A stretch of 64,000 nucleotides of DNA from Rebecca billardiae RCC1528 (lineage: Eukaryota; Protista; Haptophyta): the NCBI GenBank assembly GCA_965240325.2, contig OZ251240.1, positions 496,001 to 560,000 of the forward strand, read 5' to 3'. The translations under genes were made by a program, and so were the position numbers. The notes beneath the pieces are model-generated. The model worked only from the letters and a program-made list of their open reading frames with translations. It made no database searches and was not told the origin of the DNA. This document shows positions 11,209 to 21,570 of the stretch, one piece after another; within the stretch, counting starts at the first letter, position 1, and every line of letters begins with the position of its first letter.

Positions 11209-13155
11209 TCATGGCAGTCGCGCCGCGCGCCCGTCGGCGTCCGCGGGCGCAGCCACCTTGGCCGCGCTCGTGGCGGCAGCGGGCGCAGCGTTGCTGCCCG
11301 AATCGGCAGGCGTGTGAGGGGCCGACGATGCGCTCTGCACCGGCGCTGACGCTGCACCAGCCTGTGCCGAGGAGGGGGCGCGCCCTGTGGCGCTGCGCGC
11401 GTCGTCGTCGCCGCCCCCGCGGCCGAGCGGCGGCTCGCTCGATGTGGCGGTGTGGTCCGCACCAGGCCCGTCGCCGTCACTCCGGCCGCCGTCGCGGTCG
11501 TCGCCGAGCGCGGGCACTCTCTCGAGCACGCGCAGAAAGGGCAGCGGCAGCAGCGTGCTCAGCGAGCACAGGGTGACGAGCAGCCCGAGCCGGTCGTAGT
11601 TGCCGTCGACGCCGACGCCGAGCGCCGAGGTGAGCGCCGCGCCGATCTCCGTGCCCACCGTCCCGCCGAGGTTGTACACCGACATGAGCAGCGCGAAGAG
11701 CGTGCCCTCCACGCCGGGCGGGCAGAGGCGCGCGGCGAGCACGAGGGTGGGCATGTGTGCAAACTGGCCGATCACCGTCAGCACCACGTCGTCGCCGAAG
11801 GCGAACCACTCGTCCGGCAGCCCGAGCGCGCGGTTGGCGTGCGTCACGAGCACCAGCTGCACCAGCCCGAACGCCGCGCTCGCGAGCGACGCGCCGAGCA
11901 GCACCGTCGGCACGGGCACCTCGCGCAGGTAGCGCTGGTAGATGCTGATGCCGCCGAGCGAGGCGATCGACGCGCCGAGCGAGATGCGCCCGAGGAACTC
12001 CTGCGAGATGTGCAGCTCGTCGGTGAGGAAGTAGAGGAAGGCGGAGTCGGCCGACGGCGTCGCCATCCACGCGAAGATGAAGAGCGCCGGCTGCCAGATC
12101 TCCGGCCGGCGCACCGCCGACCACAGCAGCCGCGCCTGCGCGCCCGCCGCGCCGCCCAGCGCCCCGTCCGGCGCGTCCGCCTCCGCGCGCAGCGGCGCGG
12201 CGGCGGCGGCGGCGGCGGCGTCGAGCGGGGCGTCGGCGGGCGGGAGCGGCGGCGGCGCCGCCGCGCCGCGCCGCGCGGGCACCCGCGCCTCGTCGACGAA
12301 CGCGGCGGAGGCGGTGACGGCGAGCGGCAGCAGCGCGGTCAGCCCGAACACGGGCTTGGCGCCGAGCAGCTGCAGCGCCCAGCCCGACGCGTACGAGGCG
12401 CCGATCGAGCCCACGGCGCGGCTGGACCAGCAGAGCGACTGGAGCGTGCCCGAGAGCGCGGCCTCGCGGTCGGCCGCGCCGGCGGACAGCTCGCGCGCGC
12501 GCTCGACCACCATCGAGTCCGCGACGACGTCCGAGACCGCGATGCCGAGCGAGCCGGCGACGACGGCGCCAACCGTCGCCTCCGCCGAGGGCAGCCCGGT
12601 GGCGAGCGCGGCGTACGACGCGGCGGAGAGCAGGCCCGCGAGCGCGAGGTACGAGCGGCGGCGGTAGCCGAACAGCGGGAACCCGTCGGTCACGAAGCCG
12701 TACAGCGGCTTGATCACCCACGGCAGCGTGAACACGCCGGCGAGCGCCGCGACCTCGGCCGGCGAGAGGTGCATCTCATCCTTCAGGTAGAAGGTGGTGG
12801 CGAGGCGGGCGAGACCGAGCGCGCCCTGGACGAAGTAGCAGGCAAGGATGGCGGCCACGTCGGCCGACGGCTCGATACCCTGCAGCAGGTTGTCGCGCAC
12901 GAACTCGCGCACGCCGCCGCTCGGCGCCGCGTCTGCATCGCTGCCCGCGCGCGCGGGCGGCGGCGTCGGCGGCTCCTCTGCGCCGAGGCGTGGAGAGGCG
13001 CGGGCGGGGGAGAGGCGCGAGGTGCGAAGGCCTGGGCGGAGCGAGAGCCCGGGCCGCGCGCTGAACGTTACGCCCGGCAGCGCTGCCGCCACGAGCAGCC
13101 CGGCAATGAGCACGCGCGCGCGCATGCGTGCTGACGATGCCGCTGCTGCTGCCAT
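11209..13155 (-). CDS. BT1-family folate/biopterin transporter (MFS), probable bipartite plastid-targeting presequence
   Basis: YFVQGALGLARLA..FYLKDE, LPWVIKPLYGF.TD.FP.FGYRRRSY, SDVVADSMVVERAR, LQSLCW, MPTLVLAARLCPPGVEGTLFALLMSVYN. Hydrophobic signal (MRARVLIAGLLVAAALPGVTF, ATG 13125) followed by an R/S/P-rich transit-like stretch. Confidence 0.92.
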   Translation of the reverse strand: MAAAAASSARMRARVLIAGLLVAAALPGVTFSARPGLSLRPGLRTSRLSPARASPRLGAEEPPTPPPARAGSDADAAPSGGVREFVRDNLLQGIEPSADVAAILACYFVQGALGLARLATTFYLKDEMHLSPAEVAALAGVFTLPWVIKPLYGFVTDGFPLFGYRRRSYLALAGLLSAASYAALATGLPSAEATVGAVVAGSLGIAVSDVVADSMVVERARELSAGAADREAALSGTLQSLCWSSRAVGSIGASYASGWALQLLGAKPVFGLTALLPLAVTASAAFVDEARVPARRGAAAPPPLPPADAPLDAAAAAAAAPLRAEADAPDGALGGAAGAQARLLWSAVRRPEIWQPALFIFAWMATPSADSAFLYFLTDELHISQEFLGRISLGASIASLGGISIYQRYLREVPVPTVLLGASLASAAFGLVQLVLVTHANRALGLPDEWFAFGDDVVLTVIGQFAHMPTLVLAARLCPPGVEGTLFALLMSVYNLGGTVGTEIGAALTSALGVGVDGNYDRLGLLVTLCSLSTLLPLPFLRVLERVPALGDDRDGGRSDGDGPGADHTATSSEPPLGRGGGDDDARSATGRAPSSAQAGAASAPVQSASSAPHTPADSGSNAAPAAATSAAKVAAPADADGRAARLP

Positions 13156-13514
13156 GACGATGCACTCAGAAGCAGGGTCTCCTGAGCTCCTGAAGAACTT
13201 CTCGAGCGAAGCTTTGCGCACCTTCGTCGTCGCCGACAAAGTCCGGCGACTGGACAAGGCTAGGCCACAAGGGCCGACGGCCCTTGGATCACAGGACTGG
13301 CGACGGTCACGGCCCTTGGGCTTGGATGCACAGGGCAAGCCTTGGACGCCTTACTGGTTAGTCGGTCAGTACTAGTAGCTGCTGTAACTAACAGCGTTAT
13401 TGACTCAGTGTACACCGCATTCGAATGCTGAAATAGAAAGCATGCTCGGGCAGTCAATCAGTACTCATCAGTCATCACACAACGGCAACGGTTTCAGCGC
13501 GGTCACGTGCTCAC

Positions 13515-16500
13515 TCACGCCTCGAGGAACCACGCGAAGTGCTCCCAGAACGCGTCGATCCAGTCCTGCAGCGCCTCAAAGTAGCCGCCCAGCAGCGCAA
13601 AGCACGGCAGCTTGGCGAGCAGCCGCAGGATGTGCGGCACCGCGCTCGAGAGCGAGACGACGAGCGGCTCGTTGAGCGAGAAGGTCTGCGTGAGCGCCAC
13701 CACCCACGAGAGGATCATCGAGTGCGCCTCGTTCTCGCCGATCACCTGGCCGTACACGACGATCAGCGCCTCGCACAGCACGAACGCGCCAAAGGCCATC
13801 GCCCACGAGAGGACGGCGAAGCCGCGGCTCGAGAGCGTGAAGCTGAAGGTGCGCGGCCGCTCCGCCGCCTCGAGCTGCGCGTACCCGCGGTGCTGCGCCG
13901 CGGCCGAGCCGCCGCCCGCGGCGCCGTGCGGCCGCGGCGCCGCGCTCTCGACGTCGGCGCCGCCGCCGCGCGAGCTCCGGCGCGCGCTCACAGGCAGCGC
14001 GCCGTGCGCGGCGCGCGGCGCCCTCCTACTGGGCGAGAGCTCGTCTGGGACGGCCGGGTTGGCCGAGCCGGGCACCGGCTTGGTCATGCGCGGCCCGGCG
14101 CGCTGCTGCAGCTTGGCCTCGGCCGCGGCGCGCGCGCCCGCGTCCTGCCGCCTCGGCGCGCGCCAGCTCATCAGGCTGCTCCGCCTGCGCGCCGCCGGCT
14201 CGTCGACGCCGCCGCCGTTCAGCTCGGCGTCGTCGCGCGCGCCCGCGCTGCCCGCGCTGCCGCCGTCCGAGCCGGCGGCGCCGTTGGCGCTCGCGCCGCT
14301 GGCGCGCGGCGGCGCGTGCGCGGGCGCCTCCCTGGGCGCCGCCGCCGCCTTTGGGCGGCGCGCCACGGCGCCGAGCAGCCCGCCCCTGCGCGGGTGCGCG
14401 GCCCTGCCGCTGGGCGCGCCCTGCTGCGCCTTGCGCAGCTCGAGCGCGCGCCGCTTGCGCATGGCCAGCTTGGCGCGCTGCCTCGCCTGGATGACGGTCG
14501 CCGCCGCCTCTCGCTCCGAGCGCGACGCGGTGCGCGCGCACAGCCGGAAGGGCCAGTACTCGTGCGCGAACCAGAGCCCCTTGAAGACCATCAGCCCGGG
14601 GAGGCAGATGGCTGAGGTGATGACCGACTGGATGATGTACGTGACCAGCGGCGTCTTGCCCCCGCCGCCGTCGTCGTCGGGCGGCGGCGGCGGCGGCGCG
14701 TCCGGCGCGCCCGCGTCCGCCGCGTCGTCGTCAGGCTGGTAGAGCATGCACTCGACGACGAGCTCGAGCGCGATGATGTTGAAGAAGATCTGCACGAGCT
14801 GCGCGCGCGAGTACTGGCGCTCGGTGGACATGAAGATGGCCAACAGCGTGTGCTCGTCCTTCATCTTGTCCCTCATGTCGGACAGCATCGGGCCGAGCAC
14901 GCCCTTGGCCTGCGCCTCGCGCACCGCGCTCCACGGCGCGCCGCCAGCGCCGCCCTCCGAGCCGCTCACGGCGCTGCGGCGCGAGCTGGGCGAGGCGCTG
15001 ATCGTGGAGCGGCGCGAGCTCGGCGCCGTGCTCGACGCGCGCGACGATCGGCGCTCCAGCGTCTCTGTGCGCGCGAGCGACTGCACGTCCCGCTGCGCGC
15101 GCAACTCCTCGGGCTCGCGCAGAGAGAGCGCGGAGATGACCGCGGCCGTGTGCCGCGCGCGCTCCTGCCGCTGCAGCCGGTAGTCCCAGCCGCAGCCGAG
15201 GAGGAGGAAGAAGGCGTTGGCCGCGGCGAGGCCGAAGACGAGATTGTACACGTCTGAGAAGGCAGCGTAGTCAAAGTTGGTCAGCGCGCCGCCGATGTCC
15301 GCGAACGAAAAGGTGTTGATCGTGACCGCGCCCGCCTGCTCGAGCAGCTCGTCCAGGTTGGTCGGGATCGCCATCCCGCAGAAGTCGGTGAGGTGCGTGC
15401 ACTCGCAGACGAGGACGAGGGTGGGCGCCGACGAGCCGTTGCGCGCGCCCCCCGCCGCCTCGCCCGCCGCCAGCAGCTCGTCCAGCGTCGGCGCGCGCGG
15501 CGCCACCTCGCGCAGCCCGACAGTGACGCAGCCGGCGGACGACCAGCGCGCCTCTGCGCTCGACCAGTACTGGCACGTGGCGGGGAGCGGCGGCGGGCAG
15601 TGCGCGATGCGGCCGCGCAGCGTCGCGCTCGCGTTGCGCACGCGCGCGCCCTCCGCCGCCTCCGCCGCGCCGCCGACGGCCGTGCTCGCGAGCAGCGCCA
15701 GCGCCGAGTCCAGCGCGCTCGAGTTGAGCGCGGGCGCGCGCGCCGCAGCGTCCGCGCCCAGCCGCGCGAGCGCGGCCGCGGCGACGAGGGCGCTCTCGCC
15801 GGCGAGCGCGCGCAGCGCGGCGAGCTCCAGCGCCGCCGCGGCCGAGTCCAGCGCGCGCGGCAGCAGCAGCCCCGCCGCCTCGTCCGCCTCCGCGCCGACG
15901 TCCGGCGCGCCGCCGCCGCCGCCGCCGCCGCCGCCGTCGCCGCCGTCGCCGGCCGCGTCGGCGGCCGAGCCGCGCAAGCCGGCCGGGGCGGCCGTGCCGT
16001 TCGGCGCGGTGCCATTGTTCAGCCAGCGCACGAGCTCGGCGAGCGCGGCCGCGCGCGCGGCGTGCTCCGCCGCCTCGCGCGCCACGCAGCGCGCGTGCGC
16101 CGCGCGCTCGGCCGCGAGCGGTGCCGTCTCCTGCGGCGGCACGGCGAGCGGCAGCTCGATCCGGACCGGCTCCGAAAGTCCGGAGACCTCGAACGGAGCG
16201 CCGGACGTCGGGTCCTCGAGGAGGACGCTCACGAGGTTGGTGGCGAGCTCCTGCGCGAGCTCGACGCCGTCGGTGAGCTCGAGCGAGGCCGCGTCGCGCG
16301 CGCTCGCGTTCACGCACTGTGCCAGGCTCACGTTGAGCGCGCCGAGCAGCGGGTCACGCAGCGCCGGGTCGCCGAGCGAGAGCGCGCCCGCCGCGTCCGC
16401 GTCCGCGTCCGCCTGCGCCGCGTGGCCGAGCGTGAACTCGATGGCCGCGCTGAGCGCCGACACGTGCGCCTCCGCCCACGCGGCCCACTCCGCCCCGGCG

Positions 16501-19406
16501 GCGGCGAGCGCCTCTGCGGTGCCGTTGCCGGTGCGGTTGCTGAGCAGCGCCTCGGCGGCTGGGCCTTCGCCCAGCAGGCCCGCGCGCACGGCGTGGCGCG
16601 CGGCGGCGAGCGCGAGCTGCGGCGCGCCCTCGGGCGCGGACGCGTTCGCCGCGCGCAGCGCACCCACCGCCTCCGCCGCCGTCCGGTTGAAGAGCTCGAC
16701 GCACGCGTGCCGCACCGCGTGCGCGCGCGCCGCCTCGCGCGCCGGCTCCGCGTGCAGGTTGCGTGCGTACGACAGTGTCTTGATGTCGACGCCCGGCTCA
16801 GAGTGCAGCACCGACGGCGGCGGCGCGCGCTCGGGCGGCGTGCGCCCCGTGCGCGCGGCGAGCACGGTGGCGGGCAGCGTGAGCGAGAGCCCGTCGTGCT
16901 CGGGCGGGTCGAACGCCAGCGGCTCGCCGCCGCCTTCCAGGCTGTCGATGCGCACGCGCCGCGCGGACACGTTGAGCAGGGGAGATACAATCTCGACCGC
17001 GTCCTCGCCCGGCGTGGAGGAGGCGAGGAGGCTGGTGGCGAGCAGCCCGGCGGAGCGCTCGATCGCGCCGCCCACCTCCATCTCCGCCTCCTCCTCCGCC
17101 GCCTCGAGCCCCGCGCTCGGCGCGCGCTCGCCACCGATCGGCTCGGGCTCGGCGCTCAGCCCGCCCGTGTGGTCGCCCGGCGCGCCGCCGCGCCGCGCGA
17201 GCATGAGCGCTCCGAGCGCGGAGACGATCTCGTCGCCCGCGTGCACGCCCAGGCCGGTGGCGGCGCCGCGGCGCGTCATCGTCTCGACCACGCCCGCCGC
17301 CGCGCGCTGCGAGCCGGGCGTCAGCTGCTCGGGCACGGCGAGCACCGCCGCGACCGTCGACGCGCGCCGCGCGATCGCCTCGGACGTGGCGGGCTCCGCC
17401 TCCTCGCGCGCGCGCAGGATGTCGATCATCTGCGAGCGCGTCTCCGCGGCGTCGGCGTCGGCGCCGCCGCCGCCGCTGCCGCGCTCGGAGTTGAGCGTGC
17501 TCGCCAGCCCGGTGATGATCTGCATCGACGTGGAGGACTCGGCGGTGTCCTCCGCCGTGCGCAGCAGCGAGAGCACCTCCTGACGGTCGATGGCGCGCGC
17601 GCGCGCGCGCACGCGCGCGCAGCCGTCGCACGCGGCGCGCGTGCCCGCGCCCAGCGCGTCGAGGACGTCGACGTAGACGGTGAGCGTGCCGGCGGGGAGC
17701 ACGGCCGACGCGTTGGCCGCCTCGGACGGGTCGTCGAGCGGCACGAGCATCGAGTCCCCGCTGCCCGGCCGCCGCTCCACGCCCGAGTAGCTCCAGCTGT
17801 ACGACAGCGGCAGGTCGTCGTCCTCCCAGCCGGACGCGCCCAGCGCAAATCGCGTGAGGAGCGCCTCGCCCTCCGGGGGCTCGACGGCGAGAGCGCCCGA
17901 GCGCGGCGGCGCGTTCACGCGCACGGCGGCGGTGGCGACGTGCTCGAGCGGCATCGGGTCGCGCGGCACCTCGCCCGGCCGCAGCCGCGCCCCGCGCACA
18001 CGCAGCTCGAACAGGTACCGCCCGCCCGGCACGATGGCGCGCTTTCGGACCACGAGGGTCGGGCTGCGCACGCCCGTCTCCGCGACCGCGCCGAGCGCGT
18101 CCGCGCGCGCCGCCTCGTCTGCCGCGCGGCCCGCGCCGAGCGGCCCGCCGCCGCTCGAGCTGCGCAGCGTCCAGCGGTACTCCCACTGCAGCCGCTCGTT
18201 GCCCTCGTACTTTGCGGAGGACGGGTCGATGGTGGACGAGAGCCGCAGCGTCTCGAACGGGTTCACCACCACCTCCACCGCGGCGCGCGGCACGAAGCGG
18301 CCGCCGTCCGCGCCCGACGCGTCGCCGAGCCGCGCGCTGAGCGACTGGCCGCCGAGCGCGCGGAAGACGGCGAGGGCCGGGCGCTCGAGCCGCGGCGGCG
18401 GCGGCGGCGACGGCGGCGGCGGCGGCGGCGGGTACATGGGCGGGAAGGGCGGCGCGTGGCACTCGGACGCCGCCCAGATGAAGCGCCGGTTCATCACGCA
18501 GCCGGTGGAGCAGCACGCGCCCGCGAGCAGCTCCTCGTAGTTGCACAGCCGCGCGCCTTGCGCCTCGCACTCGGCCGCCGCGTCCTCGTACCGCGAGGCG
18601 AAGCCGTTGTGCCCGGGCACCCGCAGCTCGTTGGGCTCGGACGAGCCCCACACGTGGCAGAAGGAGCCTGCGCACTCGCCGGGCGGGCCGTCCTTGGTGC
18701 AGCAGCGCACGGCGCCGCGCGAGAGGACGGTGCTGCCACACTGCACCTCGACCCCGGCGCCTCGGGACTCGCGGCACGCCTTGACCAGGAAGTAGTGCCG
18801 CTCCTCCGGGATGCGATGGGCGCTGGGGTGCGGCGGCGGCGACGGGCTCGTCGCCAGCACCGGCGGCGACGACGGCGGCGGCGACGAGGGCAGAGGCGAC
18901 GGGGGTGGCGGCGGCGGCGGCGGCGAGCCCGGTGGCCACGGCGGAGGCGACGGCGGCGACGGCGGAGGGGGCGGCGCGGGAGGAGACGGCGGCGGAGGTG
19001 GCGGCGAGGGCGGAGGCGGGTGCGCAGGCGGAGGCGGGTGCGCAGGTGGCGACGACGGGGGGGGCGGCTGCGCGGGTGGCGGCGAGGGCGGAGGCGGGTG
19101 CGCAGGCGGAGGCGGATGCGCAGGTGGAGACGACGGCGGAGGTGGTGGCGGCGAGGGCGGAGGCGGGTGCGCAGGCGGAGGCGGATGCGCAGGTGGAGAC
19201 GACGGCGGAGGTGGCGGCGTGGGCGGAGGCGGCGACGGCACAGGTGGCGACGACGGCGCCGGGGCGGGCGCTCCGGCCGAAGCGGGCACGAATGGCGGCA
19301 GCGCCGTCGATGGCGGGGATGCCCCGACCGCGGCAGCCACGCCAAGCGCGACGAGCACGAGCGTGAGCGCGCGGAATCGAACGCCAGAGGCGCCAACGCC
19401 CCGCAT
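13515..19406 (-). CDS. Polycystin-1-like membrane protein: signal peptide, Pro-rich segment, Cys-rich module, REJ, GAIN/GPS, ~5 TM, IQ motif (~1,960 aa)
   Basis: REJ-like VNAPPRSGALAVEPPEGEALLTRF..ASGWEDDDLPLSYSW; GPS CQYWS...WSSAGC...CECTHLTDF; PKD1-like H.LL.IF....YSRAQ before TM2; IQ-like AATVIQARQRAKLAMRKRR; C-terminal TM pair ending in LNEPL. Uninterrupted ORF. Confidence 0.85.
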   Translation of the reverse strand: MRGVGASGVRFRALTLVLVALGVAAAVGASPPSTALPPFVPASAGAPAPAPSSPPVPSPPPPTPPPPPSSPPAHPPPPAHPPPPSPPPPPPSSPPAHPPPPAHPPPPSPPPAQPPPPSSPPAHPPPPAHPPPPSPPPPPPSPPAPPPPPSPPSPPPWPPGSPPPPPPPPSPLPSSPPPSSPPVLATSPSPPPHPSAHRIPEERHYFLVKACRESRGAGVEVQCGSTVLSRGAVRCCTKDGPPGECAGSFCHVWGSSEPNELRVPGHNGFASRYEDAAAECEAQGARLCNYEELLAGACCSTGCVMNRRFIWAASECHAPPFPPMYPPPPPPPSPPPPPRLERPALAVFRALGGQSLSARLGDASGADGGRFVPRAAVEVVVNPFETLRLSSTIDPSSAKYEGNERLQWEYRWTLRSSSGGGPLGAGRAADEAARADALGAVAETGVRSPTLVVRKRAIVPGGRYLFELRVRGARLRPGEVPRDPMPLEHVATAAVRVNAPPRSGALAVEPPEGEALLTRFALGASGWEDDDLPLSYSWSYSGVERRPGSGDSMLVPLDDPSEAANASAVLPAGTLTVYVDVLDALGAGTRAACDGCARVRARARAIDRQEVLSLLRTAEDTAESSTSMQIITGLASTLNSERGSGGGGADADAAETRSQMIDILRAREEAEPATSEAIARRASTVAAVLAVPEQLTPGSQRAAAGVVETMTRRGAATGLGVHAGDEIVSALGALMLARRGGAPGDHTGGLSAEPEPIGGERAPSAGLEAAEEEAEMEVGGAIERSAGLLATSLLASSTPGEDAVEIVSPLLNVSARRVRIDSLEGGGEPLAFDPPEHDGLSLTLPATVLAARTGRTPPERAPPPSVLHSEPGVDIKTLSYARNLHAEPAREAARAHAVRHACVELFNRTAAEAVGALRAANASAPEGAPQLALAAARHAVRAGLLGEGPAAEALLSNRTGNGTAEALAAAGAEWAAWAEAHVSALSAAIEFTLGHAAQADADADAAGALSLGDPALRDPLLGALNVSLAQCVNASARDAASLELTDGVELAQELATNLVSVLLEDPTSGAPFEVSGLSEPVRIELPLAVPPQETAPLAAERAAHARCVAREAAEHAARAAALAELVRWLNNGTAPNGTAAPAGLRGSAADAAGDGGDGGGGGGGGGAPDVGAEADEAAGLLLPRALDSAAAALELAALRALAGESALVAAAALARLGADAAARAPALNSSALDSALALLASTAVGGAAEAAEGARVRNASATLRGRIAHCPPPLPATCQYWSSAEARWSSAGCVTVGLREVAPRAPTLDELLAAGEAAGGARNGSSAPTLVLVCECTHLTDFCGMAIPTNLDELLEQAGAVTINTFSFADIGGALTNFDYAAFSDVYNLVFGLAAANAFFLLLGCGWDYRLQRQERARHTAAVISALSLREPEELRAQRDVQSLARTETLERRSSRASSTAPSSRRSTISASPSSRRSAVSGSEGGAGGAPWSAVREAQAKGVLGPMLSDMRDKMKDEHTLLAIFMSTERQYSRAQLVQIFFNIIALELVVECMLYQPDDDAADAGAPDAPPPPPPDDDGGGGKTPLVTYIIQSVITSAICLPGLMVFKGLWFAHEYWPFRLCARTASRSEREAAATVIQARQRAKLAMRKRRALELRKAQQGAPSGRAAHPRRGGLLGAVARRPKAAAAPREAPAHAPPRASGASANGAAGSDGGSAGSAGARDDAELNGGGVDEPAARRRSSLMSWRAPRRQDAGARAAAEAKLQQRAGPRMTKPVPGSANPAVPDELSPSRRAPRAAHGALPVSARRSSRGGGADVESAAPRPHGAAGGGSAAAQHRGYAQLEAAERPRTFSFTLSSRGFAVLSWAMAFGAFVLCEALIVVYGQVIGENEAHSMILSWVVALTQTFSLNEPLVVSLSSAVPHILRLLAKLPCFALLGGYFEALQDWIDAFWEHFAWFLEA
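18810..19260 (-). repeat. Pro-rich coding repeat, including three ~69-78-bp units (SSPPAHPPPPAHPPPPSPP)
   Basis: ggcgagggcggaggcgggtgcgcaggcggaggcgg recurs near 19002, 19081 and 19149. Confidence 0.8.
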
Positions 19407-19759
19407 GACGGCGGGTCGCCGGATGCACCGCGCCAAGGGCGACGGGGTGTCCCGCCCAACTGTCTTGGCTCCCCCCGCACGCGTGCGGACGAGCCGCTGA
19501 AGCCGCGAGGGCTGGCGCCGCGCGCGCCGCGGTGCCCTCCGATGATGAATACTAATTCAAGCCCATCAAAGCCGGGAGAACGCCGGTGATTACTTCAGGA
19601 TCTAGATGGACGCCGGGAAAGTTAGATAGGGATCGTTGATGGTTCGGACTCCGTCTTGAGTACGTACTTGCGCTACCGAATATCGGCTCGTGGGTGATCA
19701 AAATCGCCTCGTCGTCGTGGTGGGTAAAAGCCCGCCATCTTACGGCCGACGCTTGCTCG

Positions 19760-21265
19760 ATGGAGTCGCCCGCGGCGACCATCCGAGCGCTCGCCTCGGA
19801 CGGCGACATTTCCCGGCTGATCGAGCTGCTCGAGTCCAGCCGCGTCGACGCGGATGTGGACGAACCTGCCGGCCTTGCTGGCACCACGGCGCTCATGCTC
19901 GCCGCCGGCCGCGGCCACGTCGAGTGCTGCGCGCTCCTCCTCCGCCGGCGCGCAGACCCGCGGCGCGCGGACGCGGCGGGCGGTAGCGCAGCGCACCACG
20001 CGGCGAAGGCCGGGCACGCGGCCGTGCTGCAGCTCCTGCTCGATCGAGGCGCAAGCCTCGCCGCCGACCGCGCCGGCCGCTTCAGCGCTACCGCCGCGCT
20101 CGAGCTCGCCGCGGAGGGTGGGCACGCGTCGTGCGTCGCTCTGCTGCTCGGCGCGATGCCGCCGACGCTCGCGGCGGACGAGCTCGGCGCGCGGGAGCGG
20201 CGCGAGCTGCTCGGCTCGGCCCTGCTGCGCGCCGCCTCCGCCGGCTGCGCCGCGAGCACGCGCCACCTCCTCGCCGCGCGCGCAGACGTGAACGCGCCGT
20301 GGCTGCCCGGCCGGCCGGCGCCGCTGCAAGCGGCCGCGCGCCGCGGCCACCTGCCTGTCGCGGAGGCGCTGCTCGACGCGCGGGCCGACGTGAACGCGGA
20401 GGACTGGAACGGGCGGAATGCGCTGCTGCTCGCGTGCAGCCCGCACCCCGCGTGCGACGCGTGCGCCGCGCAGCGCGACGCGGGGCGCAGGCACCGGCAG
20501 CCTCGCCTCGACCCGTCGGCGCCGCTGCGCATGGTGCAGCTGCTGTCTGCGCACGGCGCGCGGCGCGTGGACGCGCACGGCAGGCACTCGGCGGAGGTGG
20601 CGGCGGTGCGCCACTCGCTGCTGCCCGTGCTGCGCTGGCTCGAGGCGACGCGCGCGTGGACGACCCCGCTGCACCACGTCGCCGTGCCGGCCGCGCTCAG
20701 CGCCGAGCGCGCCGTGGTGCTGCTGCAGCAGGGCGCGGACGTGCACGCGGGCGCGGCGGCGGGCGGGCCGACGCCGCTGTCGCTCGCGCGGCGGCTCGCC
20801 GAGAGCGGCCGCGCGCCGGAGGGCTCGGCCGCGTGGCACGTGCTGCGCGCCGCGCGCGCGTGGTCCGTGGGCACGCACGACACCTTCCCGCCGTGGGCGC
20901 GCGCGCGCGCGCGCTTCCTGCTGTGGGTGGGGCGCGCGATCGCGCGCTCGCTCGACGGCGGCGGCGCGCTGCTGGACGCGTGGGTGGAGGGGGTGATGCC
21001 GGGCGCCGTCACGCGCCGCCCGCCGCCCGAGCCGAGCTCGGGCGCGGCGCGGAGGCTGCACGCGCGGCGCAGCACCATCGCCGGGCTCGCGGCGCCGGTG
21101 CAGGCGCAGGCGGGCCCCGGCCGTGGGCTGGGCGGCCGCAGCAGCACGCTCGCCACGCTGCCGCCACTGACGGCCGGTCCGAGCGGCACGGCGCGAGCGC
21201 CGGACGACGGCTTCGCCCCGCCGAGCAGCGGTCTCTCGCGCTCGTCCGCTCTGCCGCCTCTATGA
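19760..21265 (+). CDS. Ankyrin-repeat protein
   Basis: GTTALMLAAGRGHVECCALLL, SAAHHAAKAGHAAVLQLLLDRGA, TAALELAAEGGH, PLQAAARRGHLPVAEALLDARADVN, GRNALLLAC, TPLHH...GADVH..PTPLSLA. Confidence 0.88.
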   Translation: MESPAATIRALASDGDISRLIELLESSRVDADVDEPAGLAGTTALMLAAGRGHVECCALLLRRRADPRRADAAGGSAAHHAAKAGHAAVLQLLLDRGASLAADRAGRFSATAALELAAEGGHASCVALLLGAMPPTLAADELGARERRELLGSALLRAASAGCAASTRHLLAARADVNAPWLPGRPAPLQAAARRGHLPVAEALLDARADVNAEDWNGRNALLLACSPHPACDACAAQRDAGRRHRQPRLDPSAPLRMVQLLSAHGARRVDAHGRHSAEVAAVRHSLLPVLRWLEATRAWTTPLHHVAVPAALSAERAVVLLQQGADVHAGAAAGGPTPLSLARRLAESGRAPEGSAAWHVLRAARAWSVGTHDTFPPWARARARFLLWVGRAIARSLDGGGALLDAWVEGVMPGAVTRRPPPEPSSGAARRLHARRSTIAGLAAPVQAQAGPGRGLGGRSSTLATLPPLTAGPSGTARAPDDGFAPPSSGLSRSSALPPL

Positions 21266-21570
21266 CACTGACGAGTGTTGACGACGCCGACGAATGACGG
21301 TGGCGGCATCTGATCATAATCAGCATTGAGCAGCCGTGACACGCGCGCCGGACTCGGAGCCGCCGCCGAGTCGCGGCTCGCGGCGTCACACGAACTTCAT
21401 TCCGGAACGGCTGCTACTGCTCAGCAGTGATACAGTACGCGCGTCGTGACGATGACGACTACAATCTATACTAGCAGAAGCTTTAACAGTACGTAGCAGC
21501 AGGCTACGAGAGTGGAGCAGAGAGCTCGAGAGGGAAATAATAATAATAAGGGACAAATGAGCAGCAGCGC

